A stretch of 64,000 nucleotides of DNA from Rhizaria sp. SCN 62-66 (taxonomy: Eukaryota). Below, in pieces: positions 26,501 to 39,274 of the stretch (the first letter of the stretch is position 1; each line of letters starts with the position of its first letter). The stretch lies in assembly GCA_001724265.1 (NCBI GenBank), contig MEDY01000147.1:1-64000 (forward strand), read 5' to 3'. The translations under genes and the position numbers were made by a program. Below the pieces are notes generated by a model. It had not been told where the DNA came from and did no database searches. It was given only the letters and a program-made list of their open reading frames with translations.

Positions 26501-29500
26501 TCCCCAATGGCGCCACATAAACAACCCCACCAACACCAGCGTCGCGAGCGCTGCGTCCAATACTATGACCGACCGCGACTGGGTTGGTGCTGCCCTCGCT
26601 GCTCGCGCCGCTGCGCCTGCAGTCGAGGCTTTAGTCTCGCTTCTCGAGTCGTCAAACGACACCAACAACTCTAATAACAGCTCAAGTGCGAGTGCGACTA
26701 GCGTTGTTAGCGCTGTCACTGAGATGAATGAGCGGGTGTTACAGGCTGCACGCGAAGTGCTTTCTCCTGCGCTGCCCAAGTGCGACGCTATCGCGAAGCA
26801 CCCCTTCATGCTTAATACCAGCATTAGTGAAACTGCAAGTGATCTTGCTCAGCCCCACTCTCAGTCTCAGTCCGCGCAGCCCTCGTCCCTGTCAGCGCTG
26901 GTGCCAAGCAACCCGCTGGAGCTGGCCGTGCAGCTGGGCCTGGCGCCCGCAGCGCGGCCGCTGGTGCTCGACTACCGCGCCCGCGCGCTCGGGCCCGCAC
27001 ATGACCCCACGCGGAACTACCGGCACACGACGTCGCAGAGCATTGCGAGCGCGCTGCATCTTGCTGATGTTGCCACAAGCCAGAGCAACAACGGCAGTAA
27101 AGCCAAGAGCGGCAACAATTGCGCGGACGCCCCTGCCACTGGCGATGTTTCGACTGACGCTGCTGTCGAGCAGAGCATCACTGACAGCGAGAGTGACAGT
27201 GACAACGACACCGTCAGCGCTAGCAGCCGTGCTATGAGTGACAATGACAACACGGTCAGTGACAGTGATGTTGATGCTACTCTCGACACGGACGATCACC
27301 GCGCCGACCGCGACGGTAAGAACAGCGCTTCGAGCAGCCGCAGCTCTGCTAACGGGAAGCCTGCCACGATTCCGCTGCCCGCTACGTACACTGAGCCCGC
27401 TGAGGACGCAGTCTCGCAACTGGCTTCGTTCCTGGCCTTCGCCCGCATCCCGCCCCCCGCGGCGCTCACCGCTGCCGCCGCCACCGCCGCCGCCACCGCC
27501 GCCGCCGCTGGCGCTACTCCAGCGACTGCGGTGGCTGAGACTGCGACTCGGCTGCACGCGCGCGCGATCCTGCGGAGCGTGCTGGCGGCGAACCCTGTGC
27601 TCGCGATCACGGGCGTGCTGAAGCGCAAGCACCTCAAGTGGCACAAGGACACGGTGAGCGAGGCGCAGATTGACATGCTGAACAGGGTGCAGGGCTGGAA
27701 GATTCAGGGCTGGAAGTCCAAGAAGAGCAGCAGCACCGATGCAACCACTGAAGCTGAGGCGAACGCTAACGTGAATGCCAGCTATGACGCCCGCACGTCA
27801 GGCTCTGCTTCCGATTCTGCTACTGACTCTGCATCTGCATCTGCTTCTGCTTCTATTTCTGCAAGTAACGATGTAGTCGTTAAGATTGAGGATGTTGCTG
27901 AAGCGAGTTTAAGTGCCAGTGTGAGTAACTCTTCTGTATTATCTTCTGAGTCTGCTCCCTCGATTCAAGCGAGCGAGGATTCTGGCGATCTTGACTCGAA
28001 CATCTTAGACGGCCTTTCTGAGGAGGACCGTGAACTTCTGCTTTCGATGGGCATCTCTCTTGTTCCCGCGAGAAACAATACCAACAACAATAACTTGGCT
28101 TCGAGTTCTAATTCAAGCTCCAGCGCAATCGCTAACAACGCCAACTCTAGCGAAGAGACTGCTGCTGCCGAACCTGTTACGCCTATCGAGGACCCTGCTG
28201 CCGCTGCAGCCGCTTCTGCCGCCTCCGCCTCCGCCGCTGCCGCCACGGTTGTGTCCCACGCTGTCTCGGCCCTGTCCTCCGCTCACGCTGCCAGCGCGGC
28301 CCGCGCCGCGGCGGAGGCCGCCCGCCGCGACACGGTGCGCTCGCTGATGCCGCGAGAGGTGGCGTTCCTGCCGCTGGTCGAGAAGTTCGACGCCGAGACG
28401 GTAAGGGCGAGGCTCAACCCGCTGCAGCCCACCTCGGCCAGTTTTAACGGCAACACAAGCGCTTACGACGTTGAGCAGATGCCCAGTAGCGCGGATATCG
28501 GCGTTGACGGGAGCCATGCCACATTTGCTACTGGCGCTACCAATGTGACTGCGGGCCTCTCGACCCGTGTCGGAAGCACAATGGGCTCGATCCCCTTGGC
28601 GCCCGCGCCCGCTGGCACTGCCGCGGCCGCCCAAACTGCCGCGGCGCTGCTCTCGTCCCTCACGCCGACCTACGCCGCCTGCGCCTCCGACCTGCTGACG
28701 CTGCTGTTCTCGCTGTACCACGCGCTCCCGCTGCCGCGTACCGACCTCTCCGCGCTCGGCGCCGACGAGAAGGCGGAGAAGGCAGCTGCGGAGCGGTCGG
28801 CGAAGCGGCAGGCCATGCGGACGAAGACGCGGCAGACGCGCGAGACGAACCAGACCACTAAGAGGAGGCTTAACGATCTCAAGAAGCAGTGGAGGAGTGC
28901 TCAGCAAAACAAGGACAACAACAATAGCGGCGCACTGAGTTTGATGAGCGATGATGATACTGTTACGACCGCGAATATTGCCACCAGTGCTACTGCAGAT
29001 AGTGCAAGTTCCTCTCGTGTGCCCAGTGTCAGTGTAAAAGACGCGATCATGTCGGCGTCTCGGGCGGCCGTGGCAGGTACTATCTTGACTCTGAGCGCGA
29101 AAACCAAGGCCAAGTCAGGGGATGCGCGGACTTGCGAGCTTAGCTCTGTGTCTGCTGCAGTTGCTGCAGCGTCTAGCTCGAGGAGTGAAAGTGAGAGCGA
29201 GAGCAGTGACGAGAACGACGACGCAAATGCTGCTGTAGCTGCGGAGGACGACAGTGCGAATGAGGCTGAGGCTGAGATCGTGATAATAGACTCTCAATCA
29301 CAGTCGCAGCTTCATAGCAATGCTCCCGACCGGGACAACGACGGCGATACCGATGATCTTGAAGACAGTGAAAAGTACCACAGCCGCTCTGAGCGCAACC
29401 GCATCGCTCAACTTTACACTTCATTTGCCCAGATTGCACATTCCACCACTAACAGCAAGAGTTCTAGCGCTAGTTCTGCCCACGGGGTCGGTGTCGGCGT

Positions 29501-32500
29501 CGACGCGGCTGACGCCGAGTCGGTTCTGGCCGCCACCGCCTCGCTGGCGCTGCTGTCCCCGATTCTGCTCTCGCAGCTGGCGCTCTTCACCACCGGCCCC
29601 GGAAATCTTGGCGCCGCGGTTGCGCACGCCGACGCGCGGCCCTGGGAGCGCGTGCTGCTGCGCCTCCTCTCGCCCGCCGCGCTCCCGGCCCCCGCACGCG
29701 AGCAGTTGCTGCGCACCTCGGTCGCGCTCAGGCTGCGCGCGCGGGCCGCCACCACCGAGGCCACGGCCGCTGCCGCGGCTGCGGCGGCGGCGGCGGGCGC
29801 GCGTCTGGCCAACACCGGCGTGCTGCCGGCGCTGTCGCGGAAGCGCGGCACGGTGCAGGGCAAGGCGAGGCTGCTCAGCGAGACTGCGGCGGCGCTGGGG
29901 GTCAACAGCATCCCTCCGTTCTTGGCGGAGGTCACGGAGACTGTTCCCGCTGCAAACGACAGCGGTTCTTCTTCTTCATCTGTGTCTGTGTCTGCGTCTG
30001 CGTCGGCTTCTGCTGGGGATGTGACTGTACGCCGGTCCGTCGTCACCGCGCAGTCGCTCGCGCGCGCCCGCAGCGAGGTTGCCCGCGTCCGCGCCGCCGT
30101 GACGCTGCTGCTGATGCTCGACAGCCACGTCCGCAGCAGCACATCGGCAGTTAACAATCCTGCCGCAGCGCGCGTGCCACTGTGGCTCGCCGCGGCACTA
30201 GCAGCCAACGCCAGCACCGCCGCTGCGCAGTCCCGCTCTCACACGCTTTCGCCAACTCACAATCGCGGTCTTTCCCATGCTCTCGGCCACTCCAGGAGGC
30301 CGAGCAGTGGAGTGACTGTCACCCCGGTCAGGTGGGTCGGCGTTGTGTCGGCCGCGACTGCTGCGGTTGCTGCCGGTACTGCTGCTATTGCAACCGCCAT
30401 GGCAACGCGCATCTCTAGCAGTGGCAATAATCACATCAGTTCCAGTGCTCGTGCATCCACGACTCATGAGTGCGCCTGCGACTCTGCACATGACAACAGC
30501 AAGACTGATGTTACTGACGTTTCTAATGTCGTTCTTGGTGCTGACACAGAGGCTATTGCTGTCGCTGGCACTCCCACGCGCGCTGCCGCCGCGCTGGCAC
30601 GGTTCCTTGAGTCGCTTTCTCTCGGCGCTGCGGTGCTTACCCCGTCGAGGCAGGCGCTCACACTGCCGCAGCGCGAGGCGCCGCTTTGGATCACGGTCAC
30701 TGCACCGAACGGCGGCGCGGCTAGCTCGGCTTCTGCAGTTGCAGCTGCGACGCATGCGACAATCAGGGTTGCTGGGAACAACGGTAATACGACGCCTGTC
30801 GCAATTCCTCATGGTAGCTGTGGAATGAGCAGTTCTGTGCTCACCGTAACACCGCCGCGCTGGGTATCTCTGCTCGCCGCTGCCACTGCCGCGTCTACTC
30901 GCACCACACAGACGATGCACAGCAACAGCGACAGCACAGCGACGGCTTCCAGTCCCAGCGCCAGTGCTCCCGTCCAGAGCGACGGCAGCGCGGCTCTGTC
31001 GCAGCGGGCTTTGGCGCTGGCGACGGGCCGCGCGTGCCTGACCCCCGCCGCGCTGTTGTCGCTGTCGCGCGACTCGCACCCGGAGCTGGCGGCGCCCAGC
31101 CAGGTGCTCAACGCGTTCGCGGCCACCCACAGCAGCGCCACTGCCGCGAACTCGAGCGCGCGCAATCGTGCCGTGGCCGCGGGCGACACCAGTGTCGATG
31201 CTCGTGAGACTGCTGGATCTGGCCTGAGTGTCGCTGCGGCGCGGAGGCGCGCTGCTCTTGCTCGCATCCGCGGCAACAACGGCGTTGGTGACAACAACAA
31301 AAACAGCTCGAATCCGAATACTGCTTTTACAGCTGTCCCTGCGATTGCGGCCGCAGATAGCTTCACAAAGAGCAGCAGCCCCACTCAGCCGTTGTTGCCG
31401 ACAACCCTGCGCGGGCTGCTCGGCTGCACCGGCGCCGTCGGCTCCCTTTCGTGGACGGTCACAACCGCCCTGCCCGCCGCCTCCGCTGCCGCTACTGCGG
31501 CCGCTGCTAACAGTGCGTCTGCTGTGGCACCGGCGGCTGCGCTCACGGTCACTCTGCTCACAGTCATCTCGGCGCTCGCAGCGCGCGCCAACGCCGCCAC
31601 TGCTGCTAAGTCTGCCGCTGTCGCCGCTACCGCCCACGCAACTGCAACTGCGACTGCTGCGGCTGAGGCTGCTGCGGCCGCAGAGCAGGCGCAGCTGCAA
31701 GCGCAGCAGGCGAAGGCGAGGCTCGGTCAGCGGCAGCAGCAGCTCGCGACTGCGGCGGCGGCAGAAACTGCTGCTGCGGCGGCTGTGAGTGCGGCTGCGA
31801 CCGCGAAGGCTGCTGCAACTGCTGCCGATGTTGCGAAGGCTGCTGCTGTTGCTGCTGCTGCCGCGCCCCAGCGTCATGAGTTATTGGGCCGCGGCCTAAC
31901 TTTGATGCACCTCGTCTTACCTTCACTAGCCCAAAGCGACGGTAACCGCAAGGGTCGTGGCAAGAGGAGTAAGAAGCAACAGAGCTCCAACAGCGGTGTT
32001 GCGATGATTGACGACAATGACAACGACGACGCCAGCGCCAGCGCAAGCTCGAGTTCGAGTGCTAGTGCCCCTGTTGTGAGTGGAGCTGAGTGGGCTGTGG
32101 GCGTGCTTCTCAACGCTTGCGCCCACACCCACTCTTCTTACGCTCGCAGTCGAAATATCTCTGCAGCCGCCGTGACCGTGGGCAGCGTTGCGCTCGCAGT
32201 CGCCGCTCTCTTCTCTCTCTGCCACCGCTGGTGTTCCCGCCTCTTGCCGCACCTCGCGTCCGCCGCCGCCACCGCCGCCGCTGCGGCCACTCTGACGCTG
32301 CGGCTGTCGCCGGTCGCGGCGGAGCGCGCGCGCGGACTCGCACTGCTGCAATCATTCGCTCTTTCTGACAAGAAGGTAGGCCGCGTTGTGTCCACTTACT
32401 CACGCAACGATACTTTGTTCAAGCTCTTCTTGTCGCACTCTAAGTGCACGCATTGTAAGGGTACTGTGTCTAAGGACAAGCTTACTGCGGTGGTGACTGT

Positions 32501-35500
32501 GGGCAGTGTGTTGACTGGCTCTGTGACTGCACACGCGGCGACTGTCGCGACTGTGTCGGCACTCGCGGCGGCTATCTCTGCTGTCAACACTGACAGTAAC
32601 AACGACAGCACCCATACTCGTCCATTGTCACTTCTTTCTCCTCTCTGTCCGTCGTCCACACATGGTTCTAGCAACAAGACTGTGCTTAAGACCACGGCTC
32701 CTGCCTCTCAGTCGCAATTGCTGTCGCAGTGCCCCAGCGTGCTGCGCCCCCCGTCCCGCCTGCCTCTCTTCCCCGCCGCCTCCGTGAGCGGCGGCGGCCT
32801 CTCGCCGGCGGCGTCCCTGCTCTTCTCCGAACAGTACCCCCTGCAGTCGCTGCTGCTTTCGCGCGCCCCCGTCGCAGTGCGCTACCTCACGCTTCTGCGC
32901 CGCGCCCTCAAGCTCGCAGCGATTCCCGCGCCCGGCAGGCCCGCGCTGCTGCCCGCCGCTGCCGCCGCCGCTGCGGCCGCCGCGGCCGAGGCCGAGGCCG
33001 GCGGCACGGGCTGGGCCGGCGATGCCTCCAGCGCCCCCGACGGCGGCGCTGGCGGCCGCGTCAGGGTCGGCGTGGTGGCCGAGACGCCGCCGCCACCGCT
33101 GCTGCTGCTGGTGCACGGGCTTGTGCAGACGGTGCTGCGGGCGATCGTGGACGAGGCCGATATCAACGCCGCCGTAACGGCCGCCGCTAACACTGCGATT
33201 TCTCCTGCTACAGACAAGAGCACAGCCACAAGTGACGGTCAACGCTCCAGCTCAAGTGCCAGTGCCAGCGCGAGCTCTAGCTCGAGTGCAAACGCTGGTG
33301 CTGGTGCTGCTGGGGCAGCGGGCGGCAACGCCCGTCTCTCTGGCCTCCTGGAGACCGCAGCTGCGGTGAGCGCGAGCATCGACCGCATTGAGGACGCGGC
33401 CGCCAAGGCCACGCGCGGCGTGTTCGTGCCCCCACGAAAGCCTCAGCCGCTGCTCGCCTTTGAGCCGGGGCTCGCTATTCTCTCGCGCAGCAATGCAACA
33501 TCAGCAAACGTGAGCAAGAGTGCGAGCGCAAGCTTTGCTACTGCTGCAACTGTTCCTTCCACTGACTCTTTGAGCAGTGTCGCGAGCGACACCGCGAACA
33601 CGAGGACTCGCGAGAGGCGTCCGTACCGCGCTATATTGGACTCCTTTTTGGCGTCGCTGCCCTCCGACCAGGCCGCCGCCGCAAGCACGCCCCTGCTGCG
33701 CGCCGCCGCCTCGGCTGCCGTTTCCCGCACTCAGGCTCACAGCACCAACGCAGGCGCCTACAGCGGTGGCGTCACGCACGCGCACCCCGCGGCAACCGCC
33801 CGCGCCGCCGCCGTCGCCGCCGCCGCCTCTGCGGCCGCAGCCGGCGGGGGCGCCGCCGTGCGCGACGCCGCGCTGGTCGCCGCACTGGCCACCGTGCCGG
33901 CGCCTCTGGCGACGCGCGAGCACCAGAGCGTGCACGAGCGGATTTTCTCCCCGCTCACTGCGAATGTCATCGAGACCGACGGCAGCGCGGGTCACGGCGC
34001 GACTCAGAGCGACGTGCACCGGGCGATCGCGCGGTGGGGCGACGATTACAGCGCGATTGCCGCGAAGTCCGCCTATAGCAGTGCCCAGAAAAGCCGTGCT
34101 GTCAAGTCAGAGGAGTCTAATAGTGGTGATGCCTCAGTCAAGCGCGAGTCCATTCACGTTGCTGACGTGACCGATGCGTGCCAGTCGCTTCCGGCCCTGT
34201 CCGCGGCCGTTTTCGCCGCCTCGGCCGCCGCGTCCCTCTCGCAGCCGCTGTCGGCGCGCCACCAGCTCGCGCTGCTCCCGACGTCCGTCGCCGGCGCCGC
34301 CGCGACCGCCGCACTGAGCCACTTCTCGAACCACGGCGACGCGCCTCTGCCCGCCAGCACCGAGGGCGCGGCGCTGCGCCACGCGCTGCATCCGCTGGAC
34401 CTGCTCACGGCCTCGTTGCCCGCCGCGCCGCTGTCGGTGGCCATGCAGCAGCCGCAGCGCCGCGGGCTCCAGGCGACTGGTCCGTGCGCGCCTGGGCCCT
34501 TCGCGGCCGCGCGCGCGGTGTCGCTCGCCGCTGCCGCCGCCGCCGGGCTGGGAGACGGCGCGCCGACTGAGACCGGGGCTGTCGCTGCGGCCGCGGAGGT
34601 GGCGGGAGCGGCCGCAGCAGAGGCGGCACGGGGCGCGCAGCGGGCGCTGGCGTCGGCGCTGACCAAGGTTGTGTCCACAGCGCACGCGACGCGTATCGCT
34701 AGCTCTGAGAGTAACGCCGTCAGCGCGCGCGTGAGGGCGGAGCAGGCTGCGAACATTGCGGCCACGACCGCGTTCACAGTCAACCCCACCATCGTTCTGT
34801 CCCACGAGCCGCTCACCGCGCCCCAGTCCGAGCAGCTCGCCGTGTCCGCCGCCGAGGCCGCCGCAATCGCGCGGCGCCGCGTGGAGCGGCTCGACCTATC
34901 CGGGCTGCGCAAGGAGCGCGCGCACGAGCTGCTGCGGCTTGTGCTGTCCCGCGGCGCGATGCGGCGCGCAGCCGTGCGGCTACAGCTGACGCCGGAGGCC
35001 GAAGGCCAGGCCGCAGTGGCGCGTGTTGTCGCGGAGACATGGCAGGCGCAGTCGCAGACCATTACCCCTGGTGTTGGTGAGTCTGGCCCTAGCAACGCGA
35101 TGCTGTTCTCATCAATCCCGCAGGCTGACTTGCCGTTCGGCGTCACACTGACGCAGTTTGCACGTCTAGCATCTCTCCTCCGTCCTCAGAAGCAAGAACA
35201 TCAGCAGCAGGAGGAGCAGCAGCCACCGAGTGTGATGTCTGACTCGGACTCGAACACTTCATCCGCCTCGGCTGTAGCTGCTGACCCCAGTGTATCTTCT
35301 GTCGATGTGACTGTGGCCGCCAGCGGTTCCGACCCTCGTCTCTGGCGCGCGCTCCAAGTCGACTTCGAGCACTCGCTTCTCGAGCAACTCAAAGTTAAAC
35401 CGCTGCTTATCCGCCTTCTCGGCGCACAAAGGACGGCATTTGCAGAGCCAACAGCTGCTGACGGCTACGACGGCAACGATTTTGACAACGACGCTGAGGG

Positions 35501-36758
35501 TGTTATTAGCAGTGCCAGCGATGACCGTGTTGTCGAGGGCGCTATTGAAGACGCCGCCGTGACTGCGGCAGACAGCAGCACTGCGCCGTGGCGGCGCTAC
35601 CCGCACCAAAGTCAGGCCGCAGCGCGCGTACGTGCCGCCTTTTCCGCTCGTGCAGCCGCCGCCGCGGCTGGCGCTGGCGCTGCCGCTGATATTGTCTCTG
35701 CTTCGAGCACTTCTGATGATGATGATGACAATGTTGCTGTTGTTGATGATGACAGTGATACTGACATCACTCAGAGCAAGAAGAGCAAGAGGGATAAGAA
35801 GAGCAAGAAGGACGGAAAGAAGGACAAGGCAAGCAAGAAGGATAAGAAGAAGGATAAGAAAGACAAAAAAGACAAGAAGGACAAGAAGGCGAAGAAGGAC
35901 AAGAAGGATAAAAAGGACAAGAGGGATAAGAAGGACCGCAATGATGAGGATGTCACGGGCGCCGTTTCGACTCATGATGCTATCGTGATCGATGAGCATG
36001 CTCCCGCAACTCCCGTTTCGGTTCCTGGTTCCCCTGCTTCACTTCCCGTGACTCCCGCGTCTGTTTCTGCTACTGATCTTCCTAACGCTAGCGAGAATGC
36101 TGGTGTAGCTGAGTCCGCAGGTGCTGATGCAGCTATCCGCTATAGTGCTAGCGCTGGTGCGAGCGCCTCTGCGAGTGCGAGTGCATCTGCGAGTGGTATT
36201 GCTGATACTGCCACGGAGAGTGCTAGTACCAATGCTGAAGATGCCGCGAGCGCGAGTGCTGAGGAGCAGGCGTCGCCGGCGGACAAAGAGCGCGCGCGCG
36301 CCGAGCGCCAGGAGCGGCTGAGGCGCAAGGAGGAGCGCGCCCGCATCAGGGCCGCGCGTCAGGCCCGTCGCGAGGCGAGGGCCTTGGCTGGGAGCAACGG
36401 CGCTGACAACGGCCGCGACAACGATAACCCCCCTGTTGGCAACGCGAACAAAGACGACGGCGAGAATGAGGACGCCGACGCCACTGCTCCTGTCACTGCG
36501 GCTGCGGCTGCTACTGGTCGGAAGCGCACGCATGGTGACGTGACAGCAGCTGACACGAACACTACTTCGACAGAGGCGGACGCAGCCTTTATCGCTGCTG
36601 ACGCTGACAGGAGTAACAACGCTCTTGTTCTCAATAACAACAATACCGCGGAGTTTGTTGCGAAGCGTAGTCGCAGTAGCGCTCTGGCAACGGACGCCAA
36701 CTCGATCAGTGCCGATTACAATAACGATGCAGCTGTCCTTGATGATGACAGTGACTAA
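12489..36758 (+). CDS. Giant intronless protein (~8089 aa with readthrough of the TAG at 20781-20783); TAF1B/RRN7-like RNA polymerase I TFIIB-related factor with very large low-complexity insertions
   Basis: ORFs 12480..20783 and 20910..36758 are in one frame, separated by a single TAG plus 42 open codons. Zn ribbon CVRC-x15-CATCG (14142-14210). Block LALQSFQLLLLRLAGAAVAAG..SLVVRVGRVWAKLL (~15290-15415) resembles the TAF1B/RRN7 FQxIL..W helix block. LSFPLAVAIVLAAAAAQGDALDHPTLRRVV (~23890-23980) resembles the following cyclin-fold helix. Ends in TAA. Coding status is well supported; the family call is tentative. Confidence 0.6.
35776..35935 (+). repeat. Lys-Lys-Asp (AAG AAG GAY) tandem coding repeat near the C-terminus of the giant protein
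   Basis: SKKSKRDKKSKKDGKKDKASKKDKKKDKKDKKDKKDKKAKKDKKDKKDKRDKKD. KKD/KKE tracts are typical of nucleolar proteins. Confidence 0.85.
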
Positions 36759-37105
36759 GCGCTTTGCGCTTCTTGACAGAAGAATCCAATCAAACTATAT
36801 CATACCAATCAATTACCAAGTATTTAATCGTTTACACAGTTCAAAGTTTATATCTTATTCGAACACTGCCATAAAGCAGTTCAATACATTTTGTTTAAGT
36901 TATTTATCATTCCACATTGTTGAGACAAAGCACTCACGAAGAAGTCATACGATGAATTGTATTCAAAGAGATGCTTAAAATAGCTAAAAAGAACCAGACA
37001 TAAAATATTATATAAAGAACTACCGTACAGAAAGAAAGCAGAGAGTCGGCGTGACTTAAAAAAAGTTCACCTACAAGCAGGCACCTACAAGCAGGCATAC
37101 TTTGC

Positions 37106-39274
37106 TTAGAAGTTGGCCTTGACGGAGCGCTTGCTGCCGGTGGCGGCGACTGCGGCCTTCTTGACCATCGCGCGCACCTCCTCCTCATCTTCGCTCTCGT
37201 CGTCATCGCCGCTATCGGCGGCGCGGCGCTTGCTCTTGCCCGTAGCAGCAGGCTTGTCATTGTCGTCGTCGTCAAAGTCACTGTCATCGTTCTCGTAGCG
37301 CGACTCGGAGAGGTCGCCATCCTCGTCCTCGTCGTCGAACTCGCCCTCACCGTCCTCCTCCGCGTCCTCCTCGTCGTCGACGTCGCCGTACTGGCCGCGG
37401 GCCGCAGCGGTGGCGCCACCCGCAGCGGCCACGGCGAGCTTGAGCGCAGTCGCGATCTCGCTGTCGCCGCCCCAGGCCGCCGCCGCCGCCGCCGCCGCCG
37501 CCGCGTCAGTGGACCCCGCCTGCTGCTGCTGCTGCTGTTGCTGCTGCGGGTTCTGCGCGCCGACGTATCCCTGCGCGGCGTCGGCGGCGGCGAGGAGCAG
37601 GTCGAGCTCGCCCTTGACGCGCGCGCACTCGTCGCTGACAGCGATCTCGGCCTTGAGCCGGCTCTGCAGCCGCCACAGCAGCTCGTCCACGGCCACCGAC
37701 TGGCGCAGCACGGGCGTGTACAGGTCAAGCACGACGCCCAGCACGTCCGCGAGCAGCGCCGAGACGCGAGGCAGCGCGAGGTGCTTGCTGACGAAGAGCA
37801 GCACTGTCTCGAGCGAGGCGTCGTCGCGGCCGCCCAGCGCGACGCCCAGCCCGCCGCGGCGCAGCAGCTCCTCCACCACGGTGGCGACGACGTTGACGTC
37901 GCCCGTCGCCAGCGCTGCGTCGAGCGCCGCGCCGTACGCGAAGGAGCGCAGGTGCGCGTCGAAGGCAGCCAGGTGGCGCTTGCGGGTGTGCTCTACGACG
38001 AGGTCGTCCTCATCCGCGCGGTGCGACGTGCCGCGGTTGAAGTGCGCGTAGACCGAGGAGCGCAGCCGCTGCGGCAGCGGCGCCGGGTTGGCGGCCGCGC
38101 GCTGCTCGAGCGTGGGCCGGTAGCGCAGCGACAGCGTGCCGTCCGCGTGGCCGACGGCGAGCAGCGAGCCGCAGGGCGAGAGCGCGATCGAGAGCAGCGG
38201 CGAGGAGTAGCGGATGGCGTGCACGGGGCGGTACGTGCGCGTGTCGTAGATCTTGACGACGCCGTCGAGCGACGCGACGAGCAGGCGCGCGCCCTGGGGG
38301 TCGACGGCGAGCGCCGTCACCGTCTTCTGCTGCCAGGGCAGCACGGCGACTGGCTGCGACCCCGCGGGCGCGGTCACGTCCCAGACCTTAACCGTGGTGT
38401 CGCCGGCCGTGTAGAGCAGCGCGCCCGAGGGGTGCACGGCGATAGCCTGGATGGGCGCGCCATGGTTGACCGTGAGCGCGGCCGTCCGCACCTTGACCGC
38501 GCCGGCGACGGAACTCAAGCCGCCGGGGCCGGTCGAGTTGTTGCGCTGGCCGCGGGCGGCGCGGCGGGCGATGGCCTCGACGTCCTTGGTCGTGTCCGTG
38601 GGCGCGAGCGGCTCGGCGGCAGCGTCGGCGGCGAGCGCGGCGTCGGTGGCGGCGCGCGCGGCCTCAGCGGCGAGCGCGATGGCGTCGGCGGCGTCGAACA
38701 TGCGCGCAGTGTGGTCATAGGAACCGGTGAAGAAGACCGTCTCGCTGACCGGCGAGGGCACCAGGCAGCGCACCGAGTCCGTGTGCGCCGTGAAGACCAC
38801 GATCTCGGACTCGGTCGGCAGGTCGAAGAGGCGCACCGTCTTGTCGTTGGACGCCGACAGGAGTCGGGTCCCGTCGCCGAGGAAGGCAACGGCGTTGACC
38901 GCGCTCTGGTGCGTGGGAAACGTACGCAGAATGGTGCGGGAGCCGGTGTCGAAGACGTTGATAAGGCCGTCCTCGGAGCCGCCCGCGAGCATCTTGCCGT
39001 CGGGCCGGTACGCCACAGAGTTGACGGGCGTGTGGAAGCGTGAGATGGTCTTGCGAACCGTCTGCGTCGCCTTGTTGTAGGTAGTAATGCGCGTCGAGGC
39101 CGCAATAGCAAGCTCTTGGGACCCAGAGGCGCAGAAAGACATCGCGGCAACGCGGCCGGTGTGACGCTCGCGCGTCTTGACACTGTACTTGGCCCAGTAG
39201 CGCGACTCGGGCGTGGTCTTGGGCGCGCCGGACGTGGGCGGGCGCTGCACCACCGTGGGGCGGTACTGGCTCAT
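37106..39274 (-). CDS. UTP15: U3 snoRNA-associated protein 15 (WD40 repeats plus UTP15 C-terminal domain), 722 aa, intronless
   Basis: N-terminal ESRYWAKY, WD40 repeats (RKTISRF..YRPDGKMLAGG, TGSYDHT, NHGAPI), C-terminal FDAHLRSFAYGAALD..VVEELLRRGGL..LGGRDD..L. Acidic tail. Ends in TAA. Confidence 0.92.
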   Translation of the reverse strand: MSQYRPTVVQRPPTSGAPKTTPESRYWAKYSVKTRERHTGRVAAMSFCASGSQELAIAASTRITTYNKATQTVRKTISRFHTPVNSVAYRPDGKMLAGGSEDGLINVFDTGSRTILRTFPTHQSAVNAVAFLGDGTRLLSASNDKTVRLFDLPTESEIVVFTAHTDSVRCLVPSPVSETVFFTGSYDHTARMFDAADAIALAAEAARAATDAALAADAAAEPLAPTDTTKDVEAIARRAARGQRNNSTGPGGLSSVAGAVKVRTAALTVNHGAPIQAIAVHPSGALLYTAGDTTVKVWDVTAPAGSQPVAVLPWQQKTVTALAVDPQGARLLVASLDGVVKIYDTRTYRPVHAIRYSSPLLSIALSPCGSLLAVGHADGTLSLRYRPTLEQRAAANPAPLPQRLRSSVYAHFNRGTSHRADEDDLVVEHTRKRHLAAFDAHLRSFAYGAALDAALATGDVNVVATVVEELLRRGGLGVALGGRDDASLETVLLFVSKHLALPRVSALLADVLGVVLDLYTPVLRQSVAVDELLWRLQSRLKAEIAVSDECARVKGELDLLLAAADAAQGYVGAQNPQQQQQQQQQAGSTDAAAAAAAAAAWGGDSEIATALKLAVAAAGGATAAARGQYGDVDDEEDAEEDGEGEFDDEDEDGDLSESRYENDDSDFDDDDNDKPAATGKSKRRAADSGDDDESEDEEEVRAMVKKAAVAATGSKRSVKANF

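Noticed and set aside
37410-39183. Long antisense and alternate-frame ORFs (e.g. 37538..39043, 53732..55057, 57897..59510, 23537..25285)
   Set aside because: Shadow ORFs expected from high GC3 on the opposite strand of real genes; no independent motifs.
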